NCBI GenBank assembly: GCA_046563655.1
Contig: CM102285.1
Location: 13,702,001 to 13,766,000 of the forward strand
Source: Yuukianura sp. NJ FZ-2021
Lineage: Eukaryota
Reading direction: 5' to 3'
DNA: 64,000 nucleotides
Shown here: positions 61,701 to 64,000 of the stretch, piece by piece
Numbering within the stretch: the first letter of the stretch is position 1
How the letters are laid out: each line of letters opens with the position of its first letter
The notes under the pieces: generated by a model
What the model was told of the DNA's origin: nothing
What the model saw: only the letters and a program-made list of their open reading frames with translations
The model's database searches: none
Program-made: the position numbers and the translations under genes

Positions 61701-63932
61701 AGTAAAAAGGATTTTCCACTGCCCCACCGTGCGAACAGTCCCACCGTGATTGGCATATTCAAGCTCGGATCGGACAACATATCTGCTAGAGCGCTGCTGT
61801 ACAAGCTGTAACCCAGCAAGTTCTCTCCATCTTCCTGTGTGTTCAATCCTCCTAAAAACAACAAAATGACAACATTAGCGGTAAGGTTAGGTAAAATTTG
61901 AAAACCTGAAATTCAAATTTAGTAAATTGGCTTACTGTGTCCGAATATTTGCGGAAGAATTGGTTTCGAAGAACCCCTGTCGGTACAATATAACACAATT
62001 AAATTACAATTAACTAATGAAATTCGCAATCCAACGTGTAACGAGCAATTTATGTTCCGTGTATCATCCGAAACTCACCGATCCGTGATGTAAGGTGTTT
62101 CGCCACAACGATTCGGTCTGTACAACAGTTGACTATGTACTGGATTCCTTAGAAGTAGTTCCACTATTTGTTTAGATCGAGCTCTCATTGCAATATGTAA
62201 AGCCGTGTCTCCATTCTTGTCAGTTGCAGATACTTTGGCTCGCTTTTCCAGCAGGAGAGCCACGATCTCGAGATTCCTGTTTCTCACGGCTCTGATCAAC
62301 GCTGTGTCTCCGTCCTGCTCAAAACAAGAATCGCCACTGTCACAATTTTTCCCGTAAAAAATGAAGACAAAAGGCTCACTTTTGTTGCAATTTCCAAATC
62401 AGGATTCGACGCCAGAATTAATTTTACCACTCCAACGTGTGATTTCTCCACTATAAACAAAAAGATAGCAAATCTCCCAAAAACTTCCTTTCAACTTGTT
62501 AGCATCAACGTTGAAGGAAATCAGTACCTGCCCAGTACAATGCCGTTTTTCTATCTTTCCCGTGCACGTTGACGTCTGCATGACGTTTCAGCAGAGCCTC
62601 GACAATTGATCGATGACCGCCCTTGGCAGCATGAACTAAATTTGAACTTCCACCACGATCCTAAAAAAACGAAAAAGACAAGTTGCACATTCGTAATTCA
62701 AACTATGAAAAAATTAGCAGTTTTCAATGATTATTTATAAGCCAGAGGTCTGATTCATTCAGTTTCTTGGTTCAACTTACGCTGACGTTGATGTAAGCTC
62801 CGTAGTTGAGCAGCATCACAGCAATTTCATGGAATCCTTCTTTACAAGCCAGAGACAAAGCAGAACACCCATCTTTGTCCAATGCATTGACATTAGGTTT
62901 GTGATCCAGCAGCAGTTTCACAACTTCCACATGGTTTCCCGCCGTGGCTACCAATAATGGAGTCCAACTTGTCTGTTCATGCAAAATCAAAATTCAACAC
63001 TTTAGCGACAATCATCAACTTATAAGTTTACTAAATCGCAAATTATACTAACCATTCCTGATGCGTCTACCATCGCTTCCGATTGCAGCAGCAGGTCAAC
63101 AATTTCCAAGTACCCTCTTCGCGCTGCCCAGATGAGTGGAGTCGTTCCATATTTGTCTCCTGTGTTCACTTTTGCACCGAAATGAATCAAATCACGGGCA
63201 ATTTCGAAATGACCACGACCTGCTGCCCAGGCCAGGCAAGTAACGTTGTAGTTTCCATAAGCATTCACATCTGCCCCCTTTTCTATCAAAATCCGAGCTG
63301 CCCTTGACCTTCCCTTGTACGACGTCCAGAGCAAAGGGGTCCACCCTCCCTAGAAAACAAAAAAAAATCAAAATTTTGAAACATTTTCAGTAGAAAACTT
63401 CAAAAAAAAACTTCAAATTTGTGCAAGCAGAGCCTGCCTTACCATATCTCGATGGTCAATTTGTGCTCCCCGATCGAGCAATTCGGAAACAATCTCATCG
63501 TGTCCCTCCTTTGCCGCAAATCTACAACAAAACACAATTTAAACACAAAAAAAAACTTCAAAAACTTCAAAAATTTTAGGAAAATTCTACATACAAAAGT
63601 GCTGTCCAATTGTCATCATCTTCTGCATTGACTTCTGCTCCATGCTCGATCAAAGCTCGAACAAAATTGGCTTTTCCGCGACCCGCAGCTACCATCAACG
63701 CAGTGGCTCCAGTCTGAAACAAAATCAAAAAATTCAAGTCAAATCAAAATTCATAAACGAAATTTCATAAAAATCACAAGCATTTTCTCACTTCATCTCG
63801 ATCGTCCACTACAATGCGGCGACTGTCCAACAAGTTTTGAAATGCACTGAAGTTTTCTTCTGTAATGAAGGTCACTAGAGCGCGATTCGTGAGCGACACC
63901 ATTGAGTCAGATCCAGAAGATATGAGTCCTTG
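55767..63932 (-). CDS. KIDINS220: Kinase D-interacting substrate 220 / ARMS (ankyrin repeats, KAP P-loop NTPase, 4 TM, SAM-like domain); 5' end at or beyond window edge
   Basis: Tandem ankyrin repeats ([20 protein letters not shown]), Walker [13 protein letters not shown], Walker [55 protein letters not shown]-terminal QTHV (class I PDZ ligand-like). Confidence 0.95.
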
Positions 63933-64000
63933 CTGCAAAAAATTGAACAGAACAATTTTAGCACTTAGCGCTTCATTCACACTTTAAATTACTTTTGAAT

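Noticed and set aside
59990..61864. KAP P-loop NTPase as a prokaryotic defence-type protein
   Set aside because: It is the normal central domain of animal KIDINS220/ARMS

Overview
Eukaryotic, AT-rich genomic DNA with many short (about 55-90 nt) GT-AG introns. Gene content and intron style suggest an arthropod, but the species cannot be determined from this window. Bases 1-30.6 kb are dominated by a large-intron AMPA/GluR1-type ionotropic glutamate receptor whose 5' exons were not found here. It contains an antisense intronless dual-specificity phosphatase, several MITE/foldback insertions and probably a same-strand 2OG-Fe(II) dioxygenase. Bases 31-64 kb are gene-dense: POLRMT head-to-head with POLD4, an orphan basic protein ending in a CaaX box, a small single-TM protein, a Helentron/DINE-1-like element, a cN-III nucleotidase, an M28 peptidase, an unknown multi-TM protein, an active-site-degenerate MDH2-like gene, AIMP1, a long-tailed tetraspanin and KIDINS220/ARMS. 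I found no clear multi-gene novel system. The best leads are the altered M2/M3 gate of the receptor ([11 protein letters not shown]), the degenerate MDH and the lamin-like CaaX orphan. All exon boundaries were read by eye and need transcript support.
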